61,406 nt of DNA from an uncultured Gammaproteobacteria bacterium (GCA_945787155.1 CALZHD010000034.1:1-61406); one strand, 5' to 3'. Positions 40,101-51,046 are shown, counted from the stretch's first letter. Notes: a model not told the origin generated them from the sequence alone. Program-made: numbers and translations.

Positions 40101-40784
40101 ATGCATATCTCTGACGGGATTCTATCAGCGCCAGTACTCACCGCCGGTTTTATCGGTACCGTTGCGGTCGCCGCCTACACGCTGCGTAAACTGGATCTCG
40201 ACGATATCCCCAAGGTTTCAGTCATTACCTCGGTCTTTTTTGTGGCGTCTCTGATTCATGTCCCGATCGGTCCTAGCAGCGTTCACCTGATTCTTAACGG
40301 GCTTGTTGGAGTCGTGCTGGGGGTGCGCGCCTTTCCGGCGATCTTGCTTGGTATCATTCTACAGACCATTCTGTTTGGCCATGGCGGCGTCACCGTGATC
40401 GGCGTTAACACCATGATGCTGGGTGGTGGCGGACTAATCGCCTATGCCGTGTGGCAACTGCGCCATCATTTTAATATCAAGAAAAAAGAGATGATCTTTG
40501 GCGGACTGGCCGGGGCAACCGGTATCTTCAGCTCAGGTATCGTACTGGCACTGTCACTGGTAACGACCGGTGAAGAGTTCATCGCCACCGCAGGCTATAC
40601 ACTGGTCGCCCACATCCCGGTGATGATTATCGAGGCACTCGTCGTCGGTGCCTGCGCCGCCTTTCTGGTTAAAGTCAAACCCGACGCACTGGCTGGACAG
40701 CTCCCCCCCATTCCGCTGACCACTCCCGCAGCAGAACCGATTAAAGAAGCGCCACAAGCGACAGATGAGGAAACACCCAAATGA
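40101..40784 (+). CDS. cbiM: ECF transporter substrate component NikM/CbiM
   Basis: MHISDG N-terminus, SSVHLILNG, FGHGGVTVIGVN. Confidence 0.93.
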   Translation: MHISDGILSAPVLTAGFIGTVAVAAYTLRKLDLDDIPKVSVITSVFFVASLIHVPIGPSSVHLILNGLVGVVLGVRAFPAILLGIILQTILFGHGGVTVIGVNTMMLGGGGLIAYAVWQLRHHFNIKKKEMIFGGLAGATGIFSSGIVLALSLVTTGEEFIATAGYTLVAHIPVMIIEALVVGACAAFLVKVKPDALAGQLPPIPLTTPAAEPIKEAPQATDEETPK

Positions 40785-40832
40785 AGCATCGCTGTATGAT
40801 GCCACATCACAACCGCTACGGATGTCGCTGCA

Positions 40833-41621
40833 ATGCCTCTTGATATTGATCGCTTTGCCAAACTCGCGTCACCACTGCAACGCTGGGATCCACGCGTCAA
40901 GCTCTTCACGCTCGGCATTTTTGTCTTCAGTGTCGCGCTGCTTAAGACACTGCCTGTCGCGATCCTCGCATTTTTCCTCGCCGTCTGCATCCTGCGACTG
41001 AGCAGCCTCCCTTATGACTTTGTCGCCAGCAGCGTCAAGTGGATCATCTTTTTTCTGCTGCCCTTCTTCATCATTATGCCGCTGAGTTATCCGGGTGAAA
41101 CCGCCTTTAAAGTGATCGGACTAGGATTCGCGTGGGAAGGACTACAGATCGCAACACTCATATTTATCAAGGCAGTTGCGATCATATTGACCACTTTTTC
41201 GATGTTTGGCACGGCACGCTTTGATGTCTCGATGATCGCACTGCAACATCTGAAATGTCCGAAGATCCTGGTACAGATGCTGCTATTCACTTATCGCTAC
41301 ACCTTTGTCTTCATAGAAGAGATGCGCCGTATGCAGATTGCGATGCGCGCCAGAGGTTTTGTGATGAAGACGGATATGAAGACGATGCATGTGATGGGCA
41401 ACTTTGTTGGCACACTGCTAGTACGCAGCTTTGAACGCTCTGAACGTGTCTATAAGGCGATGTTATCCAAAGGCTATCAGGGCGAGCTGCACAGCATGGT
41501 CAGGTTCCAGTCTGAACGACAGGACTACATCAAGTCCGCTCTGATACTCACAGCAGCCAGCCTCATTCTGGCGCTGGACTTTTCCGGACTCTTCTTACCG
41601 GCCAAACAGGCCTGGTTTTAA
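40833..41621 (+). CDS. cbiQ: ECF transporter T component NikQ/CbiQ
   Basis: SPLQRWDPRVK, FTYRY, AMRARGF, RSFERSERVYKAMLSKGY. Confidence 0.93.
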   Translation: MPLDIDRFAKLASPLQRWDPRVKLFTLGIFVFSVALLKTLPVAILAFFLAVCILRLSSLPYDFVASSVKWIIFFLLPFFIIMPLSYPGETAFKVIGLGFAWEGLQIATLIFIKAVAIILTTFSMFGTARFDVSMIALQHLKCPKILVQMLLFTYRYTFVFIEEMRRMQIAMRARGFVMKTDMKTMHVMGNFVGTLLVRSFERSERVYKAMLSKGYQGELHSMVRFQSERQDYIKSALILTAASLILALDFSGLFLPAKQAWF

Positions 41622-41642
41622 TTCGCACTTCAGGAGTGCCTT

Positions 41643-42659
<1,017 letters not shown>

Positions 42660-42731
42660 ATAAGCGTCACGGGGGAATCCGTAGCGTCTCTTAAAAGATA
42701 AAATCGAAAGGGAATTCGTCGTCCAGGAATT

Positions 42732-42808
<77 letters not shown>

Positions 42809-42865
42809 CCTGCATTTACGACGAGGTGAAGGAAAAACAGGAATAAACTTAAAAAAAATAATCAT

Positions 42866-43846
42866 TTACGAGGGTGACGCCATTACAAATGGATCCGCAT
42901 GAATATTCTTCAATGATGCTCCCACTAAAAAAGCCTTCCTTTTGGTGTTATTTACCATCTCAGGGTTCCCACAGAGAAAAACCTGCCACTTCGCCAACGA
43001 TGGCTGCTGTGCAAATGCAATATCATTTGGAAAACCCAATGACATCCCCGCTGGCAAATCACCCTCTGCTACGTCTGAGAGACATGGAAAATAACTGACA
43101 TTCTCATGAGTCTCGACAAGCTGACGCAGCTCATCGACATAATAGAGATTCTCAGGCTTCATTGCACCATGGCAAACGATAATTGGCCGATCATAACCAC
43201 GACCCAGGGCATCACGTACAATCCCCCACAGCGGCGCTAGACCTGAACCAGTGCCAACAGCAAGTAACCCATCCCCATTGGTCTCATGATAAAAACATTC
43301 GCCCATTGGGCCGGTGATTGTGAGCCGATCACCTGTCTGAACATCGTCACATAACCAGTTACTCACCACCCCGCCAGGGACACGTTTGATATGCAATTCA
43401 AGCATTTCATCCACATCCGGCACTGAGGCCAGTGAATAACTTCGGATCAAGTCGCCCTTGAAGATATTGATGAACTGTCCGGCGCGATACTCAAAGGATT
43501 CGCTACATTTCAGACGCAGGCGCAAAATCTCATCATTAAGAAATGAACGTTCTACCACCTCCATCTGATACTTGTGATTGTGAGCATCATCAAGCAAGGC
43601 AACCTCAAGATCTTCATCTGGCCTGCAGACACAGGCCTTAAAATAGCCCAGTGATTTCTGAGTCTCCTTGAGGTCATCCTGAGAACCAGGTGGTGGCGTG
43701 CCTTTAATCGCTTGCATGGTACAGGCCTGACATGCGCCACTCTCACATGAATACGGTACGCGGATCTCATTTCTCAACAGACACCGCAACACCGACTCAT
43801 CGTCCAGCCGTTCATATGAGCGACCTTGATAGACGACTTTTGACAT
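42866..43846 (-). CDS. 2Fe-2S ferredoxin / FAD / NAD(P)H oxidoreductase
   Basis: YSCESGACQAC, RSYSLAS, GGVVS, GTGSGLAP, LCGNPEMV. Confidence 0.92.
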   Translation of the reverse strand: MSKVVYQGRSYERLDDESVLRCLLRNEIRVPYSCESGACQACTMQAIKGTPPPGSQDDLKETQKSLGYFKACVCRPDEDLEVALLDDAHNHKYQMEVVERSFLNDEILRLRLKCSESFEYRAGQFINIFKGDLIRSYSLASVPDVDEMLELHIKRVPGGVVSNWLCDDVQTGDRLTITGPMGECFYHETNGDGLLAVGTGSGLAPLWGIVRDALGRGYDRPIIVCHGAMKPENLYYVDELRQLVETHENVSYFPCLSDVAEGDLPAGMSLGFPNDIAFAQQPSLAKWQVFLCGNPEMVNNTKRKAFLVGASLKNIHADPFVMASPS

Positions 43847-43874
43847 AATAATTTCCCTTAACTTTGCAGGATTA

Positions 43875-44243
43875 TTACTTACCTAACACATCGTTACGCG
43901 TGCTTTCTGCAATGGCCGCAGCTTCACCGATTAGATCATCCGGCACACCTAGCTCCTGTAATGTTGCACCAAGGTGTTCCATCACGGCATCGAAATGGGA
44001 GTCATTCAAACCACGCTCAACCAGGTGGGCGTGTCCTTTACGCATGTCCTCACCGGTGTAATTATTTGGACCGCCCATCACCATTGTCAGAAAGGCCTTC
44101 TGCTTGGCGGCCTGCTTATCCATATCGACATCACTAAAAAAACCACTGATTCGATCATCAGCAAGCACTTTGCGATAAAAAAGATCAACTGCTGCATTTA
44201 CCGCCGCTTCACCACCAATTTTTTCATAAAGACTTTGACTCAT
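43875..44243 (-). CDS. Group I truncated haemoglobin (GlbN-like)
   Basis: SLYEKIGG, FYRKVLAD, GGPNNYTG..MRKGH, HFDAV..HLGATL. Start ATG 44243. Confidence 0.95.
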   Translation of the reverse strand: MSQSLYEKIGGEAAVNAAVDLFYRKVLADDRISGFFSDVDMDKQAAKQKAFLTMVMGGPNNYTGEDMRKGHAHLVERGLNDSHFDAVMEHLGATLQELGVPDDLIGEAAAIAESTRNDVLGK

Positions 44244-44305
44244 AATCTTGATCCTTCTAATTAATTGATGTTGCACCTTGAACGATACCGCTGCGCCATC
44301 AATGT

Positions 44306-44359
44306 AATTGCATCCTATATACACCTTCTAGTGTAGTTAGTTGTATCACAGATAAAACT
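44306..44359. promoter_or_regulatory. Two NsrR/Rrf2-like sites upstream of the globin
   Basis: AATTGCAT-N5-ATACACCT (44306-44326) and AGTTGTAT-N5-ATAAAACT (44339-44359), compared with consensus AGATGYAT-N5-ATRCATCT. Confidence 0.5.
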
Positions 44360-44447
44360 TATAAATCAACATTAACTCTGGCGATCGGTCACCAGCAGGC
44401 CAAATGTAGCGCAATCACGATCTAGAGTTACAAAGGTTATAGATTAC

Positions 44448-44476
44448 AAAAAAAAAGGGCGCCGATTATGGCACCC
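44448..44476 (-). terminator. Rho-independent terminator
   Basis: 7-bp stem with one G-U pair, 6-nt loop and nine U residues. Confidence 0.85.
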
Positions 44477-44530
44477 AATATCGAGGGAGGGAGAAAAGTA
44501 AAAAAGCAGATGCTTCTTTACTCTTTTCAC
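44448..44530 (-). ncRNA. Candidate sigma54-dependent small RNA (~83 nt)
   Basis: 5' hairpin, unpaired CUCCCUCCCUC, then terminator GGGUGCC-AUAAUC-GGCGCCC-U9. No ORF inside. Confidence 0.6.
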
Positions 44531-44539
44531 TTACATACA

Positions 44540-44557
44540 AAGCACCAAGCATGCCAA
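44540..44557 (-). promoter_or_regulatory. sigma54 promoter
   Basis: Minus strand TTGGCATGCTTGGTGCTT (GG-N10-GC). IHF-like AAACAATAACTTA at 44576-44588. Confidence 0.6.
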
Positions 44558-44734
44558 GAACAATATCAAAAGAAAAAACAATAACTTAATAATTCACATT
44601 TTCATACGGCGCCAAAATTAGCAATAGAATGTGTGCTAAATGAGCAGATACTTAAGGATTTGCGTCAAATTCCCCTCTCCATTGGCAACAAAATGACGAT
44701 AAATCTTATGCAGTAAATCAGCTAAGAGGACATC

Positions 44735-45256
44735 ATGAAAATATTTGTGAAATTGCTAATGGCACTGGTCGTTCTGGCAGTGATCGCCCCGTTCTACCTC
44801 AAAGACAAACAGGGAATGTCCCTGATGTCTGTTAACAATATCAAAATGCCCAATCTCAGTATGCCCAAAATCCCTCAGGAGATGCAGTCGGCTGTCACTG
44901 GGATGACATCTCAAGCGCCTGTATCACCAGAAGCGCTAGACGCCTCACAAACAAAACAACAAATTAAGATTCACAAGTGGAAAGACGAAAATGGGGTCTG
45001 GCACTTTTCCAGCACTGATGATTCAGCCAGCGGAATCAAGAGCAAAGTCATCTTGCTTGAACCAGCTAAAAACACATTCGTCGCCACACCACCAAAACAG
45101 CCCGTGAAAGAGGACGTAGACCCAACAGATCCCACTAACATTACACCAAGTCCCCTGCTGCCTTTCACCCATGGCAAGGTCGCGATGGATCAGGCAAAAC
45201 AGGTGAAGGCACTGCTAGAACAACGTCAGAAACTCCAACAACAGATGACACCATAG
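44735..45256 (+). CDS. DUF4124-domain protein, membrane anchored
   Basis: N-terminal TM segment and IHKWKDENGVWHFS. Confidence 0.8.
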   Translation: MKIFVKLLMALVVLAVIAPFYLKDKQGMSLMSVNNIKMPNLSMPKIPQEMQSAVTGMTSQAPVSPEALDASQTKQQIKIHKWKDENGVWHFSSTDDSASGIKSKVILLEPAKNTFVATPPKQPVKEDVDPTDPTNITPSPLLPFTHGKVAMDQAKQVKALLEQRQKLQQQMTP

Positions 45257-45370
45257 TAGTGATCTAATTTTACTGACAATGGCACTTGCATGACCAGAGA
45301 TGAGTTGCTCTAATCAACCATGACCAAATAACAGGTGCTCAAGGCGCTGCTCTGCAATCATAATGGCGTC

Positions 45371-46141
45371 ATGTTTCTATTCAAAAAAATAATTGCCGCA
45401 CTGCTCGCACCACTGCCTTTGTGTATTCTGGCGATGCTACTAGGGCTGTGGCTACTGTGCTACACAAAAAGAGCGCGAAGCGGAAAGCTTTTGATCGTTG
45501 TCGGCGTCGTTACATTGACCTTATTCAGCCTGACACCAGTCAGTAACGCCCTGCTCGCCTCACTCGAAAACCAGTATCCAGGCTATCTCCATCACCCATC
45601 AGAAAACACACGCCAGATAAAACATATTGTGGTACTTGGCGGCGGACACATCTCCGATCCAGCGGTGCCAGTGACAAGCCAGATAAATGCGACCACATTG
45701 GCCCGCCTCACCGAAGGTGTCAGATTACACAGGGTAACAGCCAACAGCAGGCTAATCCTCTCCGGTGGCAATGTCTTTGATGACAAACCCGAAGCCGAAA
45801 CGATGCAGACCATTGCCAGGTTAATGAGTATCGATGACAGCGCCATGATGCTCGATACCCACTCGCTGGACACTAAAGACCAGGTGCTCAACATCAAGAC
45901 TATGGTAGGTCGCGATGACTTTATCCTGGTGACCTCAGCATCTCACATGCCGCGCGCTATGGCCCTGTTCAACAAGCAGGGTATGTCACCCATTGCAGCA
46001 CCCACCAACCATGCCGTCAGGCAGAAAGATGTATTGAGCCCTGACGATTTTTTCCCCAACGCCCATGCACTACGAAAATCAGAAAAGATGATTCATGAAT
46101 ATCTGGGAATCCTTTGGGCACAACTAAGCGGCCAGATTTGA
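45371..46141 (+). CDS. ElyC/YdcF (DUF218) envelope protein
   Basis: IVVLGGG, RLTEG, ILSGG, LVTSASHMPRA, HEYLG. Confidence 0.9.
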   Translation: MFLFKKIIAALLAPLPLCILAMLLGLWLLCYTKRARSGKLLIVVGVVTLTLFSLTPVSNALLASLENQYPGYLHHPSENTRQIKHIVVLGGGHISDPAVPVTSQINATTLARLTEGVRLHRVTANSRLILSGGNVFDDKPEAETMQTIARLMSIDDSAMMLDTHSLDTKDQVLNIKTMVGRDDFILVTSASHMPRAMALFNKQGMSPIAAPTNHAVRQKDVLSPDDFFPNAHALRKSEKMIHEYLGILWAQLSGQI

Positions 46142-47607
46142 ACAAACCAGCCACCATCAATACTACCCCCCTCTACCTCGTCATCGACCAGGGAGGCCAT
46201 GCCAGCCGCGCCTTTATCTTTAATGCGCAAGGGCAAGAGCTGTCACGCGGCACAGCGCCGATTGAAGCACAGATAAGCGTGGATGATCGCGTTGAATATG
46301 AAGCTGAGACACTGCTGCAATCCATTCAGACTGCGATTCATGAAGCCGTTTCAGCACCTAACATCAAACTGACAGAGATCGTCGCGGCAGGCATGGCAAC
46401 ACAACGTTCCAACGTCGTCTGCTGGGACAAAACCTGCGGCAAGCCTCTATCTCCCATCATCAGCTGGCAGGATCGACGTGCCGCTGACTGGATCGAAAAA
46501 TTCCAGCCCAATGCAGCTCAGATACATCAATCGACCGGTCTTTTCTTATCACCCCACTATGGCGTCGGCAAACTCCAGTGGTGCATTAATAACCTGTCAG
46601 CAGTCCACGAAGCCCATCAACAACAACGCCTCTGCTGGGGACCGATGAGCAGTTTTTTGCTGCACCAACTGCTGGATGAGCAACCGTATCTGGTTGATCG
46701 CGTCAACGCATCGCGCACGCTACTGTTGAACATCAACACGCTCGAATGGGACCGCTCATTGGCACAACTGTTTAAGCTACCTCACAATCCGCTACCGCGT
46801 TGCGTTCCAAACCATTACCCATTTGGCACACTAACGATTGCAGGCCACGCTGTTCCGATGACAACGGTGATAGGTGATCAGTCCGCGTCACTATTTGCAT
46901 GGCAACAGCTACAGCATGACGCCCTCTACATCAACATCGGCACGGGCGCTTTTATTCAACGTGTGACTGGTGATGATTGCGTTATCGTGCCGCAACTACT
47001 GACCAGCCTGTTGCAACAACAAAATGGGAATTCAAATTCAGCTTACGCATTAGAGGGCACCGTCAACGGCGCAGGTAGCGCACTCAGCTGGATCGAGCAG
47101 CGCCTGCAGCCCGACAGGCTTTATCAGAAACTGCCACAATGGCTGGAAAACAACGACCTTTCTATACTGTTTCTTAACGGCGTCTCCGGCATTGGCTCTC
47201 CTTATTGGCAAGCGGACTTCGAGTCGAAGTTTATTGGTGCGGGAAGTGTCGAACAACAGATCACCGCCGTCATCGAGAGCATCGCCTTTCTGTTACAGCT
47301 CAATATTGAGCAACTACAACATCACCGACCGGGGGCAAAAAAGATATTAATCAGCGGCGGTCTGGCGCAACTCGATGGGCTCTGTCAACGCATTGCAGAT
47401 CTCAGCGGCCTAATCGTTCACCGCATGGCCGAGTGTGAAGCAACTGCCAGCGGGCTTGCCTGGCTGTTGGTGCACTCACAACCAGCAACGATAGAATCAA
47501 CATGGCATCGTCACGACCAGCAACAGATCCAGCCACAGGAGAATCCAATGCTCATAAAACGCTATCAACGCTGGCACATAGCGATGGATGAGGCCACCGA
47601 CTCATGA
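46138..47607 (+). CDS. FGGY-family kinase, divergent glycerol kinase-like
   Basis: IDQGGHASRA, TQRS, ISWQDRR, NASRTLL, GDQSA, LEGTVNGAG, PYW. TTG start overlaps the upstream stop. Confidence 0.85.
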   Translation: MNKPATINTTPLYLVIDQGGHASRAFIFNAQGQELSRGTAPIEAQISVDDRVEYEAETLLQSIQTAIHEAVSAPNIKLTEIVAAGMATQRSNVVCWDKTCGKPLSPIISWQDRRAADWIEKFQPNAAQIHQSTGLFLSPHYGVGKLQWCINNLSAVHEAHQQQRLCWGPMSSFLLHQLLDEQPYLVDRVNASRTLLLNINTLEWDRSLAQLFKLPHNPLPRCVPNHYPFGTLTIAGHAVPMTTVIGDQSASLFAWQQLQHDALYINIGTGAFIQRVTGDDCVIVPQLLTSLLQQQNGNSNSAYALEGTVNGAGSALSWIEQRLQPDRLYQKLPQWLENNDLSILFLNGVSGIGSPYWQADFESKFIGAGSVEQQITAVIESIAFLLQLNIEQLQHHRPGAKKILISGGLAQLDGLCQRIADLSGLIVHRMAECEATASGLAWLLVHSQPATIESTWHRHDQQQIQPQENPMLIKRYQRWHIAMDEATDS

Positions 47608-47643
47608 TAGATTTAACGTACGACTTTGATACAAGATTAAATC

Positions 47644-48402
47644 ATGAACATACCTGAACTCGTTGCCCATCGCGGCCATGCTGAGTACTATCCGGAAAAC
47701 ACCCTGCCCGCGATCGAGTCGGCACTTAAGGCGGGGGCCTGTTACGTAGAGGTCGATATTCAGTTGACGGCCGATGGCATCCCAGTGCTGTTTCATGATG
47801 ATGATATGCAGCGTATTACTGGCCAGTCACAACGCATTACACAACTCAACGCAGACCAGTTATCTCATTATTCAGCCTGCGAAGCACAACGTTTTGGATC
47901 AAAATTCTCCGGCACACCCATCCCAGCCCTGGCTGATCTACTCACCCTGCTGCGTGCCTGGCCCACTCGCCGGGCCTTTATTGAGATCAAAGAAGAGAGC
48001 ACTAAGATCTTTGGTACCGAATTTGTCGCCGGAAAAATCATGCAGCAACTGACACCCCTTGGCTCGCAGTGCATACCGATCTCATATGAGGTCGCGGCAC
48101 TTGAAGCAGCGCGTGCTTTAGGTGCAGAGGCCATCGGTTGGGTCGCGGCCAGATGGGATGAGGCGTCGCACCAGACGGCAGACCAACTCGCGCCGGACTA
48201 CCTCTTCACCAACCATACCCGGCTACCCGATAATCCTGATGATATCTGGCGCGGTCCGTGGCGATGGGCGTTGTATGAAGTGACCGATCCGGCGTTAGCG
48301 CTCACCCTCGCAGCAAAGGGGATAGCGATGATCGAGACGATGGCGATTGAGTCAATGCTGGCCCATCCGACACTAAGAGAAAGGGCCTGTGTTGGCTCAT
48401 AA
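47644..48402 (+). CDS. Glycerophosphodiester phosphodiesterase
   Basis: AHRG, PENTL, EVDIQLTADG.PVLFHD, IEIK. Confidence 0.9.
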   Translation: MNIPELVAHRGHAEYYPENTLPAIESALKAGACYVEVDIQLTADGIPVLFHDDDMQRITGQSQRITQLNADQLSHYSACEAQRFGSKFSGTPIPALADLLTLLRAWPTRRAFIEIKEESTKIFGTEFVAGKIMQQLTPLGSQCIPISYEVAALEAARALGAEAIGWVAARWDEASHQTADQLAPDYLFTNHTRLPDNPDDIWRGPWRWALYEVTDPALALTLAAKGIAMIETMAIESMLAHPTLRERACVGS

Positions 48403-49609
48403 ATATTATGATGTCATCGTCATCGGTGGCGGCATTCACGGCACAGGCGTCGCGCAAGCGGCCGCGGCGGCCGGTCATTCGGTGTTAGTGCTGGAACAGG
48501 CCACGCTCGCCAGCGGCACCTCAAGCCGCTCCAGCAAGCTGATCCACGGCGGCCTGCGCTACCTTGAAGGGATGCACTTTTCACTGGTACGTGAATGCCT
48601 GTGCGAACGGGCGCTGCTGCTAAAAAACGCCCCCTCACTGGTCAAGCTACAACCGTTTCATATCCCGGTCTACAAAGATACCAGCCGTCGTCCATGGCTC
48701 ATCAGAAGCGGCCTCACGCTCTACGCCCTGCTGGGTGGATTTAGCCGGACAAGCCTCTTTCGCACGCTCAAGCGGCAAGCATGGAACGACCTCGATGGTC
48801 TCGACACCATCGGGCTGGAAGCGGTATTTCGCTACTATGATGCACAGACCGATGATGCAGCACTGACACGTGCGGTGATGCACTCCGCCATCTCACTTGG
48901 GGCCGAGCTGGAGAGCGGCGCGCAATTCGTCGCTGGGCAGCTCAACGAAAATGGTGCGCTCGTTCAATATAAAACAGGCTCACAGACCATCACCTGCGAG
49001 GCTCGCGTGGTGGTCAACGCGGCAGGCCCGTGGGCGAATCAGGTAGTGGAAAAATTCACCCCTACGCAAGCCCCCGATGCAGTCGATCTGGTCCAGGGGA
49101 CGCACATCATCATCGAGGGAACGCTCACCAAAGGAATCTATTATATGGAGGCCCCCAAAGACCGGCGTGCCATCTTTGCGATACCGTGGCACGGTAAGAT
49201 CCTAGTTGGCACCACTGAGACCGCATTCGATGCCGCAGCCGATCCGGATAGTGTCGCGCCGCTAGAGCAGGAGGCACGTTACCTGCTGGATACCATGGCC
49301 AGCTACTTCCCGGCCTACCGTAACCTGCAGACGAACCCTATCTGCAGCGCCTTTGCCGGACTGCGTGTCTTACCACGGGGTGATCAACATGCGAAAGATG
49401 GCCGCTCAGCCTTCACACGCCCACGTGAAACGGTGCTACGTTTAGATCGTGAGACCGCTCCCCGCCTGCTCACCATCTATGGGGGCAAACTCACGGCCTA
49501 CCGCGCCACCGCCGAAAAGTGCCTCAAACAGCTACGACCCGCCCTACCGATACGCGATGCCATTGCCAACACCCGCCGACTGACGCTGCAGGACCCTGGA
49601 GAGCCGTGA
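48389..49609 (+). CDS. FAD-dependent glycerol-3-phosphate dehydrogenase/oxidase (short GlpD-like)
   Basis: GGGIHGTG, GTSSRSSKLIHGGLRYLE, NAAGPW, GTTE, GGKLTAYR. Confidence 0.88.
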   Translation: MLAHKYYDVIVIGGGIHGTGVAQAAAAAGHSVLVLEQATLASGTSSRSSKLIHGGLRYLEGMHFSLVRECLCERALLLKNAPSLVKLQPFHIPVYKDTSRRPWLIRSGLTLYALLGGFSRTSLFRTLKRQAWNDLDGLDTIGLEAVFRYYDAQTDDAALTRAVMHSAISLGAELESGAQFVAGQLNENGALVQYKTGSQTITCEARVVVNAAGPWANQVVEKFTPTQAPDAVDLVQGTHIIIEGTLTKGIYYMEAPKDRRAIFAIPWHGKILVGTTETAFDAAADPDSVAPLEQEARYLLDTMASYFPAYRNLQTNPICSAFAGLRVLPRGDQHAKDGRSAFTRPRETVLRLDRETAPRLLTIYGGKLTAYRATAEKCLKQLRPALPIRDAIANTRRLTLQDPGEP

Positions 49610-49802
49610 GCTTTTCTCCTCACAAAGTTATATCGTCAACTCATCAAGCCACTAACGCCATTAATCCATTAGTCAATGGAGGGACATCAACCACGATAAA
49701 TCACCTAATAGCCGTTTTTCAGTTAAAATAGCGAGATCCTTTCAACAAATCAACAAAGCGCTACCCAATAGAACAACCCCATCAGCAAAACCAAATAGAA
49801 AC

Positions 49803-50939
49803 ATGCAGAAATATCAATACAATCTACCCGCTTCCAGCGCCCTTTGCTTAACCGTTTTCAAAGCGCTGCTGCTGTTCATGGTCATCACGCTCGGTGGTTG
49901 TTCTATGCTGGGTAAACCGGTGGAACCTCCAGCACCTGAAGTGATCACCATCAAAGTGCCACCAGCACCCGTCGAACCAGCGGTAGTTGAACCTGAGCCT
50001 GAGCCAGTGACTAAGCCAGTGCCGTTACCTATACCGGTGCCAGAGATCGTCATCGAGAAACCCGTGTCACTGGATGTCGCCATCATCATCAGTCGTGATA
50101 TCGAAAATTATCACCACCTCAGCAATGAAATAGGTCGCCTCATCACTCTCAAAGGGGGAACGTTCGAACCCCTTTACCTATACCAACAAGGCGCGGCAGA
50201 GATCATCCAGCAGATCAAACATGAACAACGGCAACAGGTCGTCGCGATAGGGCTGGAGGCAGCGAAGGCAGCCAAAATGCTGCAACAGATCCCGGTGGTA
50301 TTCTGTCAGATATACAATTATCAGGATTACAATCTCGTTACTGAGCATCTAAAAGGGGTCAGCCTGATCCCTTCTGTTGATCAACAATTCAAGGCATGGA
50401 AGGAGATCGTTCCCGAACTAAAGCAGGTCGGCGTCATCGTGGGTGATGGCAAGCAGCCTATTATCGAACAGGCGACTCAAAGTGCGGCGGCACACGGTAT
50501 CGCCCTGATCAGTCGTGCAGTAAAAAATGATAAGGAGATGTGGGAGGAATTCCGACGCCTGATCCCCCAGGTGGATGGCTTCTGGCTGCTGCCTGATAAT
50601 CGTATCCTTAGCAAACGGACACTACGAAATATAGTGCCCTATAGCGTAAAACACACCACACCACTCTTCACTGTCAACGGCCTGCTGTTACAGGACGGCG
50701 CAATGATCAGCGCCGCCCAGGTTGACAGCGATATTGCAGAAAAGGTTGTAACGCGCCTACTCGCAACCGCTCCCGACAACACCATCCCTGGCGCCGACAT
50801 AGTGCCACTCGAACTGGCTCATATCATCATCAACACCCACACAGCGAAACGCTTTAATCTTTTGATTCCAAACGATAATACGGAAATTAACATTGAAAGA
50901 TGGCCGTCCAGCGAGGATAGCGCTACACTGACGCAGTGA
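49803..50939 (+). CDS. Lipoprotein with ABC substrate-binding-like domain and Pro-rich linker
   Basis: LGGC lipobox, (EP)-rich linker, VVAIG..AA, PVVFC, GVS, WLLPD, INTHTAKRFNLLIP. Confidence 0.75.
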   Translation: MQKYQYNLPASSALCLTVFKALLLFMVITLGGCSMLGKPVEPPAPEVITIKVPPAPVEPAVVEPEPEPVTKPVPLPIPVPEIVIEKPVSLDVAIIISRDIENYHHLSNEIGRLITLKGGTFEPLYLYQQGAAEIIQQIKHEQRQQVVAIGLEAAKAAKMLQQIPVVFCQIYNYQDYNLVTEHLKGVSLIPSVDQQFKAWKEIVPELKQVGVIVGDGKQPIIEQATQSAAAHGIALISRAVKNDKEMWEEFRRLIPQVDGFWLLPDNRILSKRTLRNIVPYSVKHTTPLFTVNGLLLQDGAMISAAQVDSDIAEKVVTRLLATAPDNTIPGADIVPLELAHIIINTHTAKRFNLLIPNDNTEINIERWPSSEDSATLTQ

Positions 50940-51046
50940 TCACTATAGAGCATGCTCTGGTTAAACGCGATGCAGCCAGACAAACGCCAATAACACGCTG
51001 CCCACTGGGAGTAAATCACCCCTCCTGGCCAGCATAAACAAACAAG

